Origin: Lytechinus pictus
Taxonomy: Eukaryota
Direction: 5' to 3'
NCBI RefSeq assembly: GCF_037042905.1
Contig: NW_026974140.1
Span: 1,676,001-1,740,000 of the forward strand
DNA length: 64,000 nt
In this document: in pieces, positions 11,351 to 24,049 of the stretch
How the letters are laid out: each line of letters opens with the position of its first letter
Numbering within the stretch: the stretch's first letter is position 1
Program-made: the position numbers and the translations under genes
Notes under the pieces: generated by a model
The model's database searches: none
What the model was told of the DNA's origin: nothing
What the model saw: only the letters and a program-made list of their open reading frames with translations

Positions 11351-12777
11351 GTTCAGAAGACATTTAGAATTTAATATGAATCTTTACCCCAAGATGAATA
11401 TTTCTTCCAACTTTTATGAGCACTGACTGAAAACAGGGGTAGTATGATCCACAATGACTGAGTTTTCCTGCATTTCTGGCTATCATATGTGGTTACCATG
11501 GCAATGCACTCTCTGACAAATGCACACAAAAAATGGTTCTTGCACATCGTTACTTCAAGGCAAATGTGTGAGCCAAATTGCATGAGAATTGGTTAAAACT
11601 GATGAAGTAGTTCAAATTGCAAGGTTTTTACCTAAATTTTGCCATATAATATGTTGTTACCATGGCAACACAATTTCTGAAACACACACAAAAAGTGCCC
11701 TGTACATCTTTACTTGAATACCAATGTGTATGCCAAATTTCATGTGAATTGATTGAAAACTGATGAAGCAGTTTGAATTGTAAGTTTTTTTCCCAATTTT
11801 CACCATATGATATGTTGTTACCATGGCAACAAGATTTCTGAAAGACACACAAATATGTGTCTTAGACATCTTCACCTCAAGACCAATGTGTGTGCCAAAT
11901 TTCATGAGAATCGGATGAAAACAGAGGAAGTAGTTCTAACTGCAAGATTTCTACCTTATTTTTGTCATAATACACTGTTACCATGGCAACGCAATTTCCA
12001 ATTTCCATGCAAAAAATGTGTAATGCACATCTTTACCCCAAGACCAAAATATGTACATACACACCAACATTCAACCCCCTCCACCGTCACCCTTCGGCTT
12101 GTTTAGCATCTGCATTCAGATATTTGGTGCATTGAGATGTGAGGACTAACAGAACTCTGTGCAAAAGGGGTCTGAATTCAAGAACTAAACCAATGCAAAA
12201 TAATGCACTGCTATTGAGTTTTGCACTAGCGCTAGTCTATATATCAGACCAATCTAAACTCATAAATTCTGACATTTTCACCCATTTTTTCACTGTTCCT
12301 GCAGCCAGATTTTTTGGAGCATACCCCATTTTTAATTCTTATACATAAACAAAGGTCTGGAGAAAAAAATCATGCTTTTGTCCACCGTGTCCACAAGTAG
12401 GGCATTTTTGACGCTAACAGACCGGACTATACGGCGAGTAGCAATTCTACGGTCGCCTCAGAATTTCCACGGCCACTTACTCTAGCGGTCACATATGTTA
12501 CGGTCGCCGCACGGCGTATTTTTTAATTTATGGAGAAAAAATCTGCGGCTGACCTATGTCCTTGAAATCATGACAAACGGTCGCCCTAGGGCGACCCTGC
12601 GCTGGCCGTAGGTTTTTGACAAATACTACGGCAGACGCGAGGTGGCCGCAAGGCGCCCTCACGGTGGCCGCAGGGGGACTATACAGTGAGTATACCATGA
12701 ATTGCTTGTCACACTCATCATGATATTTTACATTAGACATTTCATTTCAGAAAGTTTTCAAAGTGTCGCACCATGCC

Positions 12778-13941
12778 CATGCGCGTATTCTTGGTGGGAG
12801 GGAGGGGGGGGGGTTCAGGGCCCGGGCCCCCGGATAGGCGAAAAGGGGGCACCAAAAAGAGGGAGGAAAGAAAGGGAAAGAAAAGGGAGATAAAAAAGGA
12901 GGGGGAAAGAAGAGAAAGAGAAAAGTGAGAAAAGAAAGAGAGAAGGAAACAAGAAGAAGAGAAAAGGAGAGAAGAGAAAAGGGGAAAGGGGATAAAAGTG
13001 GGGGGGGGGGGCAAATTGATGTTCGACCTAGGAAGGGGGGGGGGTCGCCAAATTAATGTTTGACACTGATCTGAATATTATACGATCAGTAATGTTCGAC
13101 CTAGGAAGGGGGGGGGGCAAATCGACCTTTGGGGTGATTCGCGCTTCGCGCTCGCATCAAATGATTAGTTAGATGGACATCATGTTAATGATAACCTAAT
13201 GATTACCTAAATTGTGTAGAATGTCTAGTTTTGGAACGGAATATAAAAAAGGTTCAGCTCGGATCGAATAATTTTTAAGTGCCCATCCTGTTCATCCTTA
13301 GAATTTCCAAACTTAGGGTCATTTTGGAATGTAGACAATTTTCAGCTCGCCCTGACAGATAGAGAGATGCCCATCCTGCTCATGCTTACAAAACTTCTCA
13401 GAATATTCTATTTCCAGGTCTATACACAAGCTATCAAAAATCGCGTTCGCATTATTTATTTGGACTTATGAAATAAATCTCCCTTAACCATGTTAACTTG
13501 TTTGTATGAATAAAGTTAAGATGTTAATAAACGCGTTAGTCTTAAGTAAGAACTACACCCTAGGAAACAACAAAAATCAGCATTTAACTACCCATGATAA
13601 TACTAATAATAATGATAATGATAATAATAATAATTTTACCCAAGTTAGCCGCTGGTGAAAGGGCAATATCTGTGCTTCCTGGTCACATTTGTTCTTTAAA
13701 AAAAAGTGGTATTATATCATATTCATGGATAGAAATTACTTTTTATCAAGTCATCATTAAAAAAGTGGTTTGCAGTTGCCCTTTTTCATGTGATTATGAA
13801 ATAAGATAATTCAACATGCATTTAAGGCACCTGTTTGCCTGACGAGGAGGGGTCGCCATTTTTTTTCTGAAAAGTACACATGCATATGGGCCAAAATTAT
13901 AGGTCGGGCCCCCGAGGTGCAAAATTCTAAATACGCGCCTG
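12778..13941. mobile_element. Probable hAT-like non-autonomous element
   Basis: CATGCGCGTATT...AATACGCGCCTG termini with internal GCTCGCGCTTCGCGCTCGC motifs; TSD degenerate. Confidence 0.5.
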
Positions 13942-14670
13942 GTGGCTCCCGAGCAGATAACACAAAAGGAGAAGGGGAAAGGAGGGAAGAAAAACACGAG
14001 GGCAGCCGCAAGGCCACCGTACGCTCGACGTACGGCCGCCGTAGACCGTTCTACGCCATGCCTACGGCTAGTCTAATTTATACGGCGAGCGTAGAAAAGA
14101 AAAAAATGTTATAACTCCGAGTTAAAATTCTACGGCCACCCCTACGGCCTGTAAAAAGTAGGAATCCGCCGTACGTCGACCCTGCGGCCACCGCAGATTT
14201 TCTGCGGCCGCCGCAGAAATCTCTCGAATTCAGGTATCTACGGCCGCCGTACGGCCGCCGTAGAGCAAATGTGACCAAGGTATAAGTACCAGGCGATTTG
14301 TTCCGATACGCTGTTCATGCACCATTATCACCCCTACAGCAAGAATGTGATATTCCAGTCGTCCTTTTCAACCAATTGGCTCCTCCAAGTCAACCACACC
14401 CACAGAACAGATACAGTTGCCGATTTGAGAATCTCAAGTTCTTTAGGGAGTCGTATGCATTTTTTAGCACTCTTCCAATTACATGTAATTAAACATCCGG
14501 GGACGGCTGCTTTGTGGAGCCATAAAGTCCTATTCACATTGCGTGCTCCCTTTGTGCGCCTGTGCTAAGCGCTATTCGGGGTGTGAACTTATATCCACCA
14601 TGGCTGGTTTGTCTTGGTCTTAATTCATAACCAAGCAAGAAATAGGATAAGATTGGCGACTATGGTGATT

Positions 14671-16200
14671 CACTGGCGTAAATTCCGGGGGGGGGGGTGG
14701 GGGGATATATCCCCCCCCCCACACTTTTCGAGGAGGGGGGGGGATGGCCTGTACAAACATCCCCCCCACACTTTTTACGAAAGAAATGAAAAAAAATCAC
14801 AAGAGATAATTGTTTTATCGGTGAAAATTCTTCTTAAAATACCGCTTAACAAATAAAACAATATCATGAATCATAAAATGCAAATAAAGAGCCAGTTCAC
14901 CATTTCCAAACGAAATACTTATGTCCTTATTATAACATTGAAGAGAAACCCCCGTTGCTTCCAATTCATCAATGTTGGGGTCTTTGGGAAGGGAATAGGG
15001 GGAATAAGATGGAATGTCAAAAAATTTTGAATGTAATCTCTAATAAAACCATTAAACCATCATGGGGTAAAACATGCAGATAATAATATTGGAGGGGTAT
15101 TTGCCAAATGGACATACAGTGGCGTAACTACGGGGGGAATGGGGGGCACATCCCCCCATCGGCTGACCAAAAAAAAACGGGGAAAGGGGGAAAAGGAGAA
15201 AAGAGGGAGAAAGGAAGAGAAACGTAGTGGGAAAGAAGAAAATATTATTCATTATAATGTTATATTATGTTATAATTATGTTTGGTTACATTATACATAA
15301 GAAACATTCTTATCATAACTTTATGAAACATAATTTGCCTAGGGCCTACGTCTTCATTGTTCCTGGTGCTCGCATTGTCTGTTTAACGAGATATATAATC
15401 CTGTTGTACTAAAACATCCCGTTTTCAAGTCAATTTAAACCAAATATATTTCCTAGCACTTGAGTTATCATTGTTTTATGCAGTGACATATGCTTCTTTT
15501 TCATGACTCAAAAAGTGATTGCTCCATGTTAAGGTCTTCGTATATATGAAACATTTCCTGTCCGTGATTACGTTCGCATTAGTGGATTGGTGAGATATGT
15601 CTGCTCTTCATGAATTCCTAAAATCAGTCCTTAAAATGTCCCTTCTTCTGAACTGAATATCAAAAATTTTCAGCTCGCGCTTCGCGCTCGCATCATTTGG
15701 TTAATGAAATACGTATGGTCCTAGTTAATTCCTACAAAGAAACCTTAGAATGCCCCACTTCAGGTCTGAATTATCTAAATTTTCAGCTCGCGCTTCGCGC
15801 TCGCATTGTTTAGCGAGACAGGTACATATCATGATTACACAAATTTGATTATAATGTCCCTTTTAGGTGTGAATATAAAAAAATTCAGCTCGCGCTTTGC
15901 GCTCGCATTATTTGATCAGTGAGATACATACCCGTTTAATGACATTGTCCTTAAAATGTCTCTAATAGGTCAGTATAACTGGCAACTGAGCACGCTTTGC
16001 GCGCTCATTAGCGCACTCCCTCGGTGATTCAAAAATTTTGCTGGTGCCCTCCCCCCCCCCCCCCCAATGCCTTGACCCACGATACGCCACTGTGGACATA
16101 TCAATGACAATTCCTTGCATATCTAAAAACATGATTGCAAAAAAAATGCCAAAATATTTTAGTCATCCCCCCCACCCATCAACACGGATTTACGCCAGTG
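14671..16200. mobile_element. TIR element hosting a nested hAT MITE
   Basis: CACTGGCGTAAAT...ATTTACGCCAGTG; flanks GTGATT/GTGATG. Confidence 0.8.
15117..16092. mobile_element. hAT-type non-autonomous element
   Basis: CAGTGGCGTA...TACGCCACTG with a perfect 8-bp TSD TGGACATA; internal ~110-120-bp repeats containing CAGCTCGCGCTTCGCGCTCGCA. Confidence 0.9.
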
Positions 16201-16928
16201 GTGATGGGGGGGGGGGGGTAAACACTGCTGCATGCTCTTCGAACCCCCAAAGTAATCAAGTAGAAATCAAAAGGAATGTATCAATACAAGAAAACTAAGT
16301 CCAACAATAAGCTAGGCTGCCAAAAACACAGAGATCTCTCAGTGACACCTCAATGAGACACACACTATGCGCATATATATATTTTTTTTTTTGGGGGGGG
16401 AGGGCTTGGGGCACGGGACCCGGGTAGGCAAAAAAGGAGGAAATATATGAAAATAAAAGGAGAGAAAAAAACGTAGGAAGAAGAGATCGCAAAAAATGGG
16501 GAAAAGTATATGAGAAAAGGAAAGAAGGAAGAGGGAATAAGGGGGGGGGAGGAAATAATGAAGGGGGAAAAGAGGGGGAGATGAAATAATAATAATAATA
16601 AAAGAGCGTGCATGGGCGCGCCACCAAACTGACCTTAAGCTCGAGGGGGGGGTGCTTTGGTGCGGATCCAGGGGGGGGGGGGGGCACACCCGGCTCATGC
16701 CTCCCCCCTTTTGAGAGCCAAAAAAAAAAAAGTCGAAAGTACCGTATATGTGCAAGTGCTAACCCTTTTAAAAATTTTTGCCTGTCAAATTTTTCTGGAC
16801 AAAAGTGCCCCCCCAGGAAATTCCTGGATCCGCACCTGGCTGGCATTTAATAACACACAATCATGTAGGCCCTATATATTTTTTATTTAGAAGTGAATGA
16901 ATGACTCAAAATTGGTCGTATAGCTTCT

Positions 16929-17218
16929 CATTGGCGGCGGAAGCCAAAAACATTAAGGGGGGTCTACCTGGAATTTATGGTTGGACACAGGAAAAAAATT
17001 TGACAAGCAAAAAAAAAAAAAGGTGAACAAACAAAATTTTAGGGGGGACCATAACGATTTTAAACAATTTTAGGGATCGAGCTCCACCTGAATTTAGGGG
17101 GGACGCAGGAACGAAATTGACAAGCAAAAAAAAATAAAATAAAAAAATAAATAAATAAAAAACTCAAATTTAGGGGGACAGGACCTTCGCCCCCCCCCCC
17201 CCGCTTCCGTCGCCTATG
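16929..17218. mobile_element. MITE with 8-bp TSD
   Basis: CATTGGCGGCGGAAGC...GCTTCCGTCGCCTATG, perfect TSD TAGCTTCT. Confidence 0.9.
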
Positions 17219-18530
17219 TAGCTTCTTAATATCACTTTAATTGCACCAAGCTTTCGATCAAAATTTGGCACAAGAAAGAAGCTACAAGATTTGTATTGTC
17301 ATTTCACTGATCATTGAAGTATGAAATACCAGCGACTTTCGGTCCGCAAGTCATTTCTCACGCTTTATATTTTACCAAAAATATAGAAATATGAAGACAG
17401 AGGAAAATAATCAGGAGCGGCGGGGCAAATTTTAAAGTGGGAGAGGGATCGACACAAGGGAAAAAGCCAAAGCGCACTTAAATATGAAGAACAATTAAAA
17501 GAATTAGTAAACTATCTACCCCAGTGGCACAATGAGGCAAAAGTTTGGGTCAGACATGGCGTACAACGCATTTTTTTTTTTTTAGCTGCGAGCAAAATTT
17601 TGACTGTTTAATTAAAAAAATATAATTTGTGATGTATATAGATTTTGACGTAATATTCAGACCAGGGATGTGTTAGGAACGATAGGAATCTCTTCGCATT
17701 AGTACCAGCCTGCTTTAACCCATGCCTAAGCCTAAGGTATTGCGAGATATCCTCGCATTGGGAAACAAAATCACGAAACATGTTTTACAATAAAAAAAAG
17801 TAAAAAACAGATACCGGTATAACGTCGTTACTTAGGGTAGACCCTACTCCAAAGGAGACGTTGGTACAGTGCGGTCGCGGGCCGGCATCCAGTAAACGAC
17901 TTAATGTCTCATTTTCTTAGACAATATCGTAAACTAGGTTATGATTATCAATTGTTCTTTACCATCAGGATCGATCCTAAATTTTACACAAGTCTTCTAG
18001 TTTACTATAGTGAAGTTTTGCGAGCTTTAATTGTTGACATCTGGAGCTCGAATTATGACACAATCCCCCGGGGGGGGGGGGCACTCAGTATATAATGCAC
18101 AGTGGGTATGTGCCGCGGAGGGGATCGTCCCCCATTTTTACACTCATTTTTCCGTTCCAACGGCATAGCATTTTTGTCTTATTGAGAAAAAGAACAAAGA
18201 ATGCCGCTCCAAAGCATAGAACTTTCTTCTTAGCGAGAAAAAAGAAGAAAGAAATCCGCTCCAAAGCTTTGCATATTTTCCGATACGCCGTTCCGGTCGC
18301 AATTTTGGTGAAAAGCGGTCGCAGAGCGCTGTCCGACCATCGCCTCTGCGCTAGCGCGCCCGGCAGTCGTGCCGCCGGGCTAGCTGCGTGCACGTTCCAT
18401 AGGGATATGTAGTCCAGTGCATTTTAGCCCAAATTTTGACCAAACTTGGAACAAATTGCAACATAATTTTTTTCACCACAATGCATTTCTGTAAGGTCCC
18501 TAGTACAACATACTAAAAGTCCCAAAGTTA

Positions 18531-19905
18531 CTTGACCCACATCAATCCGCGTACAAGCCTGGTCATAGTGTAGAAACACTACTAGTTAACTTAACAGATA
18601 CTATGGATAATGGCAACATTACCACACTCATTATGCTAGATATGAGTTCAGCATTTGATACAGTAGATCACACTATCCTAATTGAAAGGCTTAACTCATT
18701 AGGTATCAAGGGGACTGCCCTTGCTTGGTTCATATCCTATCTATCAGAGCGATCTCAATATGTTAGAATCGGTAGTTCTATCTCAGGTTTAACTACTCTG
18801 AAGTTTGGGGTACCCCAGGGCTCTGTAGGAGGTCCACTGCTCTATTCCCTCTATATGCAACCAATCAGCAAGATATTTCGTAAACATGGCATAAAATACC
18901 ATTGTTATGCCGATGACATACAACTCTATTTGTCTTTTCAACCTTCAACGTCGTCACTGAACTCTGCTATTACAAAACTTGAAGCATGTCTATAAGACTT
19001 TAAGACATGGCTTGTATCTAATTGCCTGAAACTGAATGATAATAAATCAGAATTCTTAATACTTGGATCGAAGTTTATGCTTTGTAAAGTTGATTTTCAG
19101 TCATGTCATGTCCATCTTGGTAGCTCTTGTATCACTCCGTCTAAAACAGCCCGTAATCTTGGGGTTATATTTGATCAGGAAATGACTTTTCGCAACCATA
19201 TCACTCAAGTCCAACAAAATGTCAGATATCAACTACGTAATTTGAGTTTCATCAGAGAGTCACTGGCTAAACCTGCAGCCGAGATACTTATCCATGCTTT
19301 AATTTCCTCCCGTTTAGATTTTTCAAACTCATTGTTCTGTAACCTCCCACAAAAAAATTTGACAAAACTCCAACGTCTACAAAACTCTGCTGCCCGTCTC
19401 CTAACCTACACTAAAAAGTATGACTCCACCTCGCCAATCCTCCAGTCCTTACATTGGCTGCCTGTTTGTAAAAGAATCACCTTCAAAATTCTTTTACTAA
19501 TACATCATTCAATTTATTCTCTCTTCCCCACATATCTCAGCAGCTCTATCTCAAAATATCAGCCTTCACGTAGTCTTTGCTCATCATCTGATTCTCTATT
19601 GCTCCAGACACCCAGAACAAAACACAAATGGGGGGACCATGCATTCTCTGTTATAGGACCAAAGCTATGGAATCAACTGCCTATCCAATTACGCCAAATT
19701 TCAAAAGCATTCAAGTCCCAGTTGAAAACTTATTTAATCTCCCATTAGCAGTTTAATATTGTGTTTATTCAGGAGAATTCAAATTCTATTCTTTTTTGTT
19801 TTCTATTGTTGTTGTGTTTGTGTTTATTTTCCTTGAAGCGCCATGAGCACCGAAAGGTGGACCTGTGCGCTATATAAGTAGCCACCATTATTATTATTAT
19901 TATTA
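18531..19905 (+). mobile_element. 5'-truncated L2 LINE (RT and 3' end)
   Basis: QSAYKPGHSVET, LDMSSAFDTVDH, GVPQGSVGGP, YADDIQLY, ISSRLDFSN, LHWLPV. L2-type 3' end GCGCTATATAAG followed by an (ATT)n tail. Confidence 0.95.
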
Positions 19906-20649
19906 AGACCTTTTTTCTTTTGGCTTGTCAATTTTTTTGGCGGACGGTTTTGCCCCCCTGCTTATCCTTAATATATTTTGCACAGATAATGTTAAAATCT
20001 TGAAATGAATACGCAATTCACGATGATTAAGATATTATATATCGATTGCAATCGTTTTCGTGACTGTCCGGTTAATATTTTTCGGAAAATGTGAAAATGT
20101 ATGCCTAAATTTCCGTGTTTTCTGTCAAAAATTTGCATGTGCGTTGATGTCTTTCTGTTTTATCATTAGCATAAACAATTAATGCAGAATATCAGCATTC
20201 GACAAGAAAGGGGATATATCAACGAGAAAATCGATATGCTTCATAACAGTATTAATGTCTTAACTTGCTTAGATTAAGGGCAAATACATCCGAATGTCCT
20301 ACTCGATATTGCAATAAAGTGACACCAAAAAACCAACATCCGCGTGTTAGTCACACTCTTGATATCGACTACTACGTGATCGCTGGCATGCCTTTAAAGA
20401 GATAACAATAGATTAAATCGGTCTTGCCTCGCCTTTTTTGGTGTGACTAACACGCATAAATACATGCGTATTGATATGTGGGCAGAGGGCTTTTCTGCAT
20501 ATATAAAAGCAACTATTATGTTTATGAAGTCTCTTGGAAAAGTTAGAGGATATTTGCTCTGCATGCTGCATGCAATTACGTTCAAGAACATTAAAACATT
20601 GTCCCGCAATAGCCTGTCGAATGTACTCCCCTTATTCGTAGATAACTAT

Positions 20650-22060
20650 TAAAATATCGTGCTTTTTGAACCCCCAATGTGACAAAGTGGTGTTTTGCTA
20701 CAGAGAAAAACAACTTTTATTGTCTTGAAATCACTTGGAGACAAAAGAGTGGGCTTTTTTCTATCAGTTACATATAAAGAAGCGATGGCACAGCAAATTC
20801 TACCCCCTCAGCGGTCTGCCGAAGTCACCAACCCCTTTTTGTATGCCAATTTCCTGGAAAATCCGCTATATTTAGCCCCTTTGGGGCAAAAGGCATTTCT
20901 CCTTGGTGCAATAAACCACTTTTATTGTTTTGTAAGCACTTGGGGATGAAAAAAATAGATTTTTCTCTATCAGCTAAATATAAAGAAGTGTTGGCACAGC
21001 AAAGCCTACCTCTAAGGGGTTTGCCGAAGTCACCCACCCCTTTTCCATATTTTGCCTATATATTTATGGAAAAAATCTACCAATTCGGAGCCCTCATTGA
21101 TGCAAAAATGCTTTTCTGATAGCAAACCACTTTCATTGTTTCGTAACCACTTGAAGATAAAAAAATTAGATTTTCCTCTATCAGCTACATACAAAGAAGT
21201 GCTGACACAGCAAACCCTACCTCTAAGGGGTTTGCCGAAGTCACCCACCCCTTTTCCATATTTTGCCTATATATTTATGGAAAAAAATCTACCAATTCGG
21301 AGCCCTCATTGATGCAAACATGTATTTCTGATAGCAAACCACTTTCATTGTTTCGTAACCACTTGAAGATTAAAAAATGAGATTTTCCTCTATCAGCTAC
21401 ATACAAAGAAGTGCTGACACAGCAAACCCTACCTCTAAGGGGTTTGCCGAAGTCACCCACCCCTTTTCCATATTTTGCCTATATATTTATGGAAAAAAAT
21501 CTACCAATTCGGAGCCCTCATTGATGCAAAAATGCTTTTCTGATAGCAAACCACTTTCATTGTTTCGTAACCACTTGAAGATAAAAAAAAAGTAGATTTT
21601 CCTCTATCAGCTACATACTAAGAAGTGCTGGCCCAGCAAAGCCTACCACCTCAGGGGTTCCCGAAGTCTCCACACCCTTTTTGCCTATTTTCCCTCCTTA
21701 TTAATTTATAATTTATGGGAAAAATCTGCCAATTTGGAGCCCCTATTGAGGCAAAACGTTGTTTTGCCCTATAGTAAACCTCTTTCATGGTTTCTTAACC
21801 ACTTGGATATGAAAAAGTAGATTTTCCTCTATCAGCTACATAATAAAGAAGTGCTGGCTCAGCAAAGCCTACCCCCTCAGGGGTTCCCGAAGTCTCCCCA
21901 CCTTTTTTGCCTATTTTCCCTCTTTATTAAAACAAAATCGCACTTTTTGGCACCCCCCCCCCCCCATTAAGGCAAAGGCATTTCTGCTATATGGTAAAGT
22001 CACTTTTATTCTTTGAAACCACTTACAGATGAATAGGTTTCGTCTATCAGTGCATCGACC
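20650..22060. repeat. Tandem array with a ~211-212-bp unit, about 6.5 copies
   Basis: CACCCACCCCTTTTCC recurs at 21031, 21242 and 21454; central copies near-identical, edge copies diverged. Confidence 0.92.
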
Positions 22061-23732
22061 CCTTCCCTCTTCAGGGGCTCCAAATTGACATTAAGCTATT
22101 AATACAGTTCAAACATAATCGAATTTATGCATTTAAAGTACACACACAAAGAAAATTCACGAAAGTGATGATTATAGACAAATTATATATGGATGGAAAG
22201 GTCTTGTCTTTTTATACACAAATATGTCACTGAAAAGTCTTATTGATGTCGTGGAAATGCAAGAAATGAAATTATTAGAGACTCTTCTCAGCCCCCCCCC
22301 CCCCCCCCAGACAGACAATCACGCGATTGAAAACAGTCGAGAATAATGACGTCACATGATCGACTCACTCAGCTCTCTGTGCAAGCAATACACTGATACT
22401 GATTCACCTTCCTGGTCTCTATTTTTCTTCGAATTTACCGTTTCCTTCATGTATTGTGATATCCGGTTTCTGTTTTCGACAACTTGAGACTATAAGTGAA
22501 CCAGAACTGTGTTACTTTGCCCGTTTTTATTGAATTGTGAACTGTGAAGACCGATTTTGTCCACTCGACACTTAGCCAAGTCTTCGTTGTGTTGCTCCAC
22601 TCCACTGTCCAGTCACTGTTTTTATTAAAAAACTCCAAGCTGTATTACCTGTATTAGAGTGTAGGGGCCCATTCACTAGAGCTCTGCAGCCTCTGCTTGA
22701 TGCTGGCCGGGGCACTGCATGGGACCCGATGCAGGTTACGCTGTTTGATCCATCCACAAAAGTCAAGGTAAGCATGTTTGGAAATTGTACTTGTTCTGAC
22801 GATGCATTCAGGTCAGATGACAAATACAGATCTAATATAATTTTAGAATCAAGCATTTTTGGCATGACTACGCTACTATTATTAAAGTCTTTATTTTAGA
22901 AATAATGTTTTTGCAGCAGATATTTTCTTCAGATTTCTAAATAAACTGGTCAGGACTCAGGCAATCAAATTATTTCAAGGATCGAGCGCTGGCATGGACC
23001 ATGGCTTTGCTTGGTTAGACTGAAAAATCTGCTGTTTCAGAGGAATGTTTAATGAAGTTTTTATCACGATAACTCCGATGTCATAGCCAGACAAAATTTC
23101 AGCAGTGGTTACCCCGATTCCTGGCCGAAATTAGAGTCTGGTGTTTCTCTCTGAGTAGAGTGCTGCTGCAAAAACATGTATCCATAATGCCTTCAACAAT
23201 GAAGATTAAATGCACTCTTTGTAATGACACAGAGAGCACCGTACCTCAAGTGATGTTCGTGTAGTCCAGTGCTTCCACTTTCAAGGAAATTTCCTTGTTT
23301 TAGGGAATTTTAAGGATTTTTTTTACTCCACAAGGATTTTTTAAAGGAATTTGGACAATTCAAGGAATTACAAGGAAAAATAATAAAAAAAGTCAAGGAA
23401 TATTTAGGAATATGTAAGGAAATCCAAGGAAATCTGAGAATTCAAGGAAATTCATTAAATTTCGAGGAAAATAAAGAAAAAAATAACGATGAATCTTAAA
23501 AATGTTTAATTTCTCACACAATAAACGACTGGATGTCAGACTACTAAATCCACATCTACTAATCGATCTCATCGATCTCATCCAAATTTGCTGAAAGCAG
23601 CGCTAATCCATTATGCGTCAAATTTTATAACCACAAAACGACAAATTGATCATAGGCGTAAATATTCATATCTGAATGACACGCGCCTCAAAACCCAAGA
23701 TAACAACAACAACAACAACAACTAAATCCACA

Positions 23733-23918
23733 ACTGGGCGTTGTGACGTGCGCCTGTAATCCAAGCTATGTGGGGGAAGTTACAAATTGATGCAGAGGTT
23801 CGAGGTTCGAGCCCTGGTCACATCTTTCGGATGGTGACGTTAAAGGTCGATCCCAGACGTAAATAATTATATCTGATTGATCCACGTCTGACAAAACTCA
23901 AATACACACACACACACA
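23733..23918 (+). mobile_element. SINE-like element with a 7SL/Alu-like head and a (CA)n tail
   Basis: ACTGGGCGTTGTGACGTGCGCCTGTAATCCAAGCTA resembles the 7SL 5' end; B-box-like GGTTCGAGCCC at ~23803; (AC)n tail. Confidence 0.65.
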
Positions 23919-24049
23919 TTTAGATTTTCTTATATGCAGGCTGGTGTGCTATACTTTATTTTTCCTTGCCATGCTGAGACATGTATTTTATGTGCGCACA
24001 CAGTGATAACTATAGCTATATGTCATACAGCAACTATTAAAGGCTGAGC

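Larger units (their letters stand above)
8037..12429. mobile_element. Foldback element with Academ-type ends, copy 1 (long inverted arms, non-coding)
   Basis: Right terminus CGCTAACAGACCGGACTA; left terminus slightly disrupted; probable TSD TAC. ORFs 8115-8324(-)/12139-12348(+) and 8357-8656(-)/11807-12106(+) translate identically, showing near-identical arms. Confidence 0.9.
7952..14282. mobile_element. PIF/Harbinger-type non-autonomous element, expanded by nested insertions
   Basis: TIR TACCTTGGTCACATTTGCT...AGCAAATGTGACCAAGGTA, 3-bp TSD TAA on both sides, many TACGGCCGCCGTA-like subterminal motifs. Confidence 0.88.

Noticed and set aside
8115..12348. Duplicated genes (identical 69-aa and 99-aa ORFs)
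   Set aside because: They reflect inverted-repeat arms, are not preserved in copy 2 and show no protein motifs.
16295..16890. Hydrophobic 138-183-aa ORFs
   Set aside because: Low-complexity purine/pyrimidine tracts and poly-G MITE ends.
23733..23770. Human Alu contamination or a genuine 7SL gene
   Set aside because: Similarity stops after ~40 nt; the remainder is neither Alu nor SRP S-domain and is embedded in native repeats.
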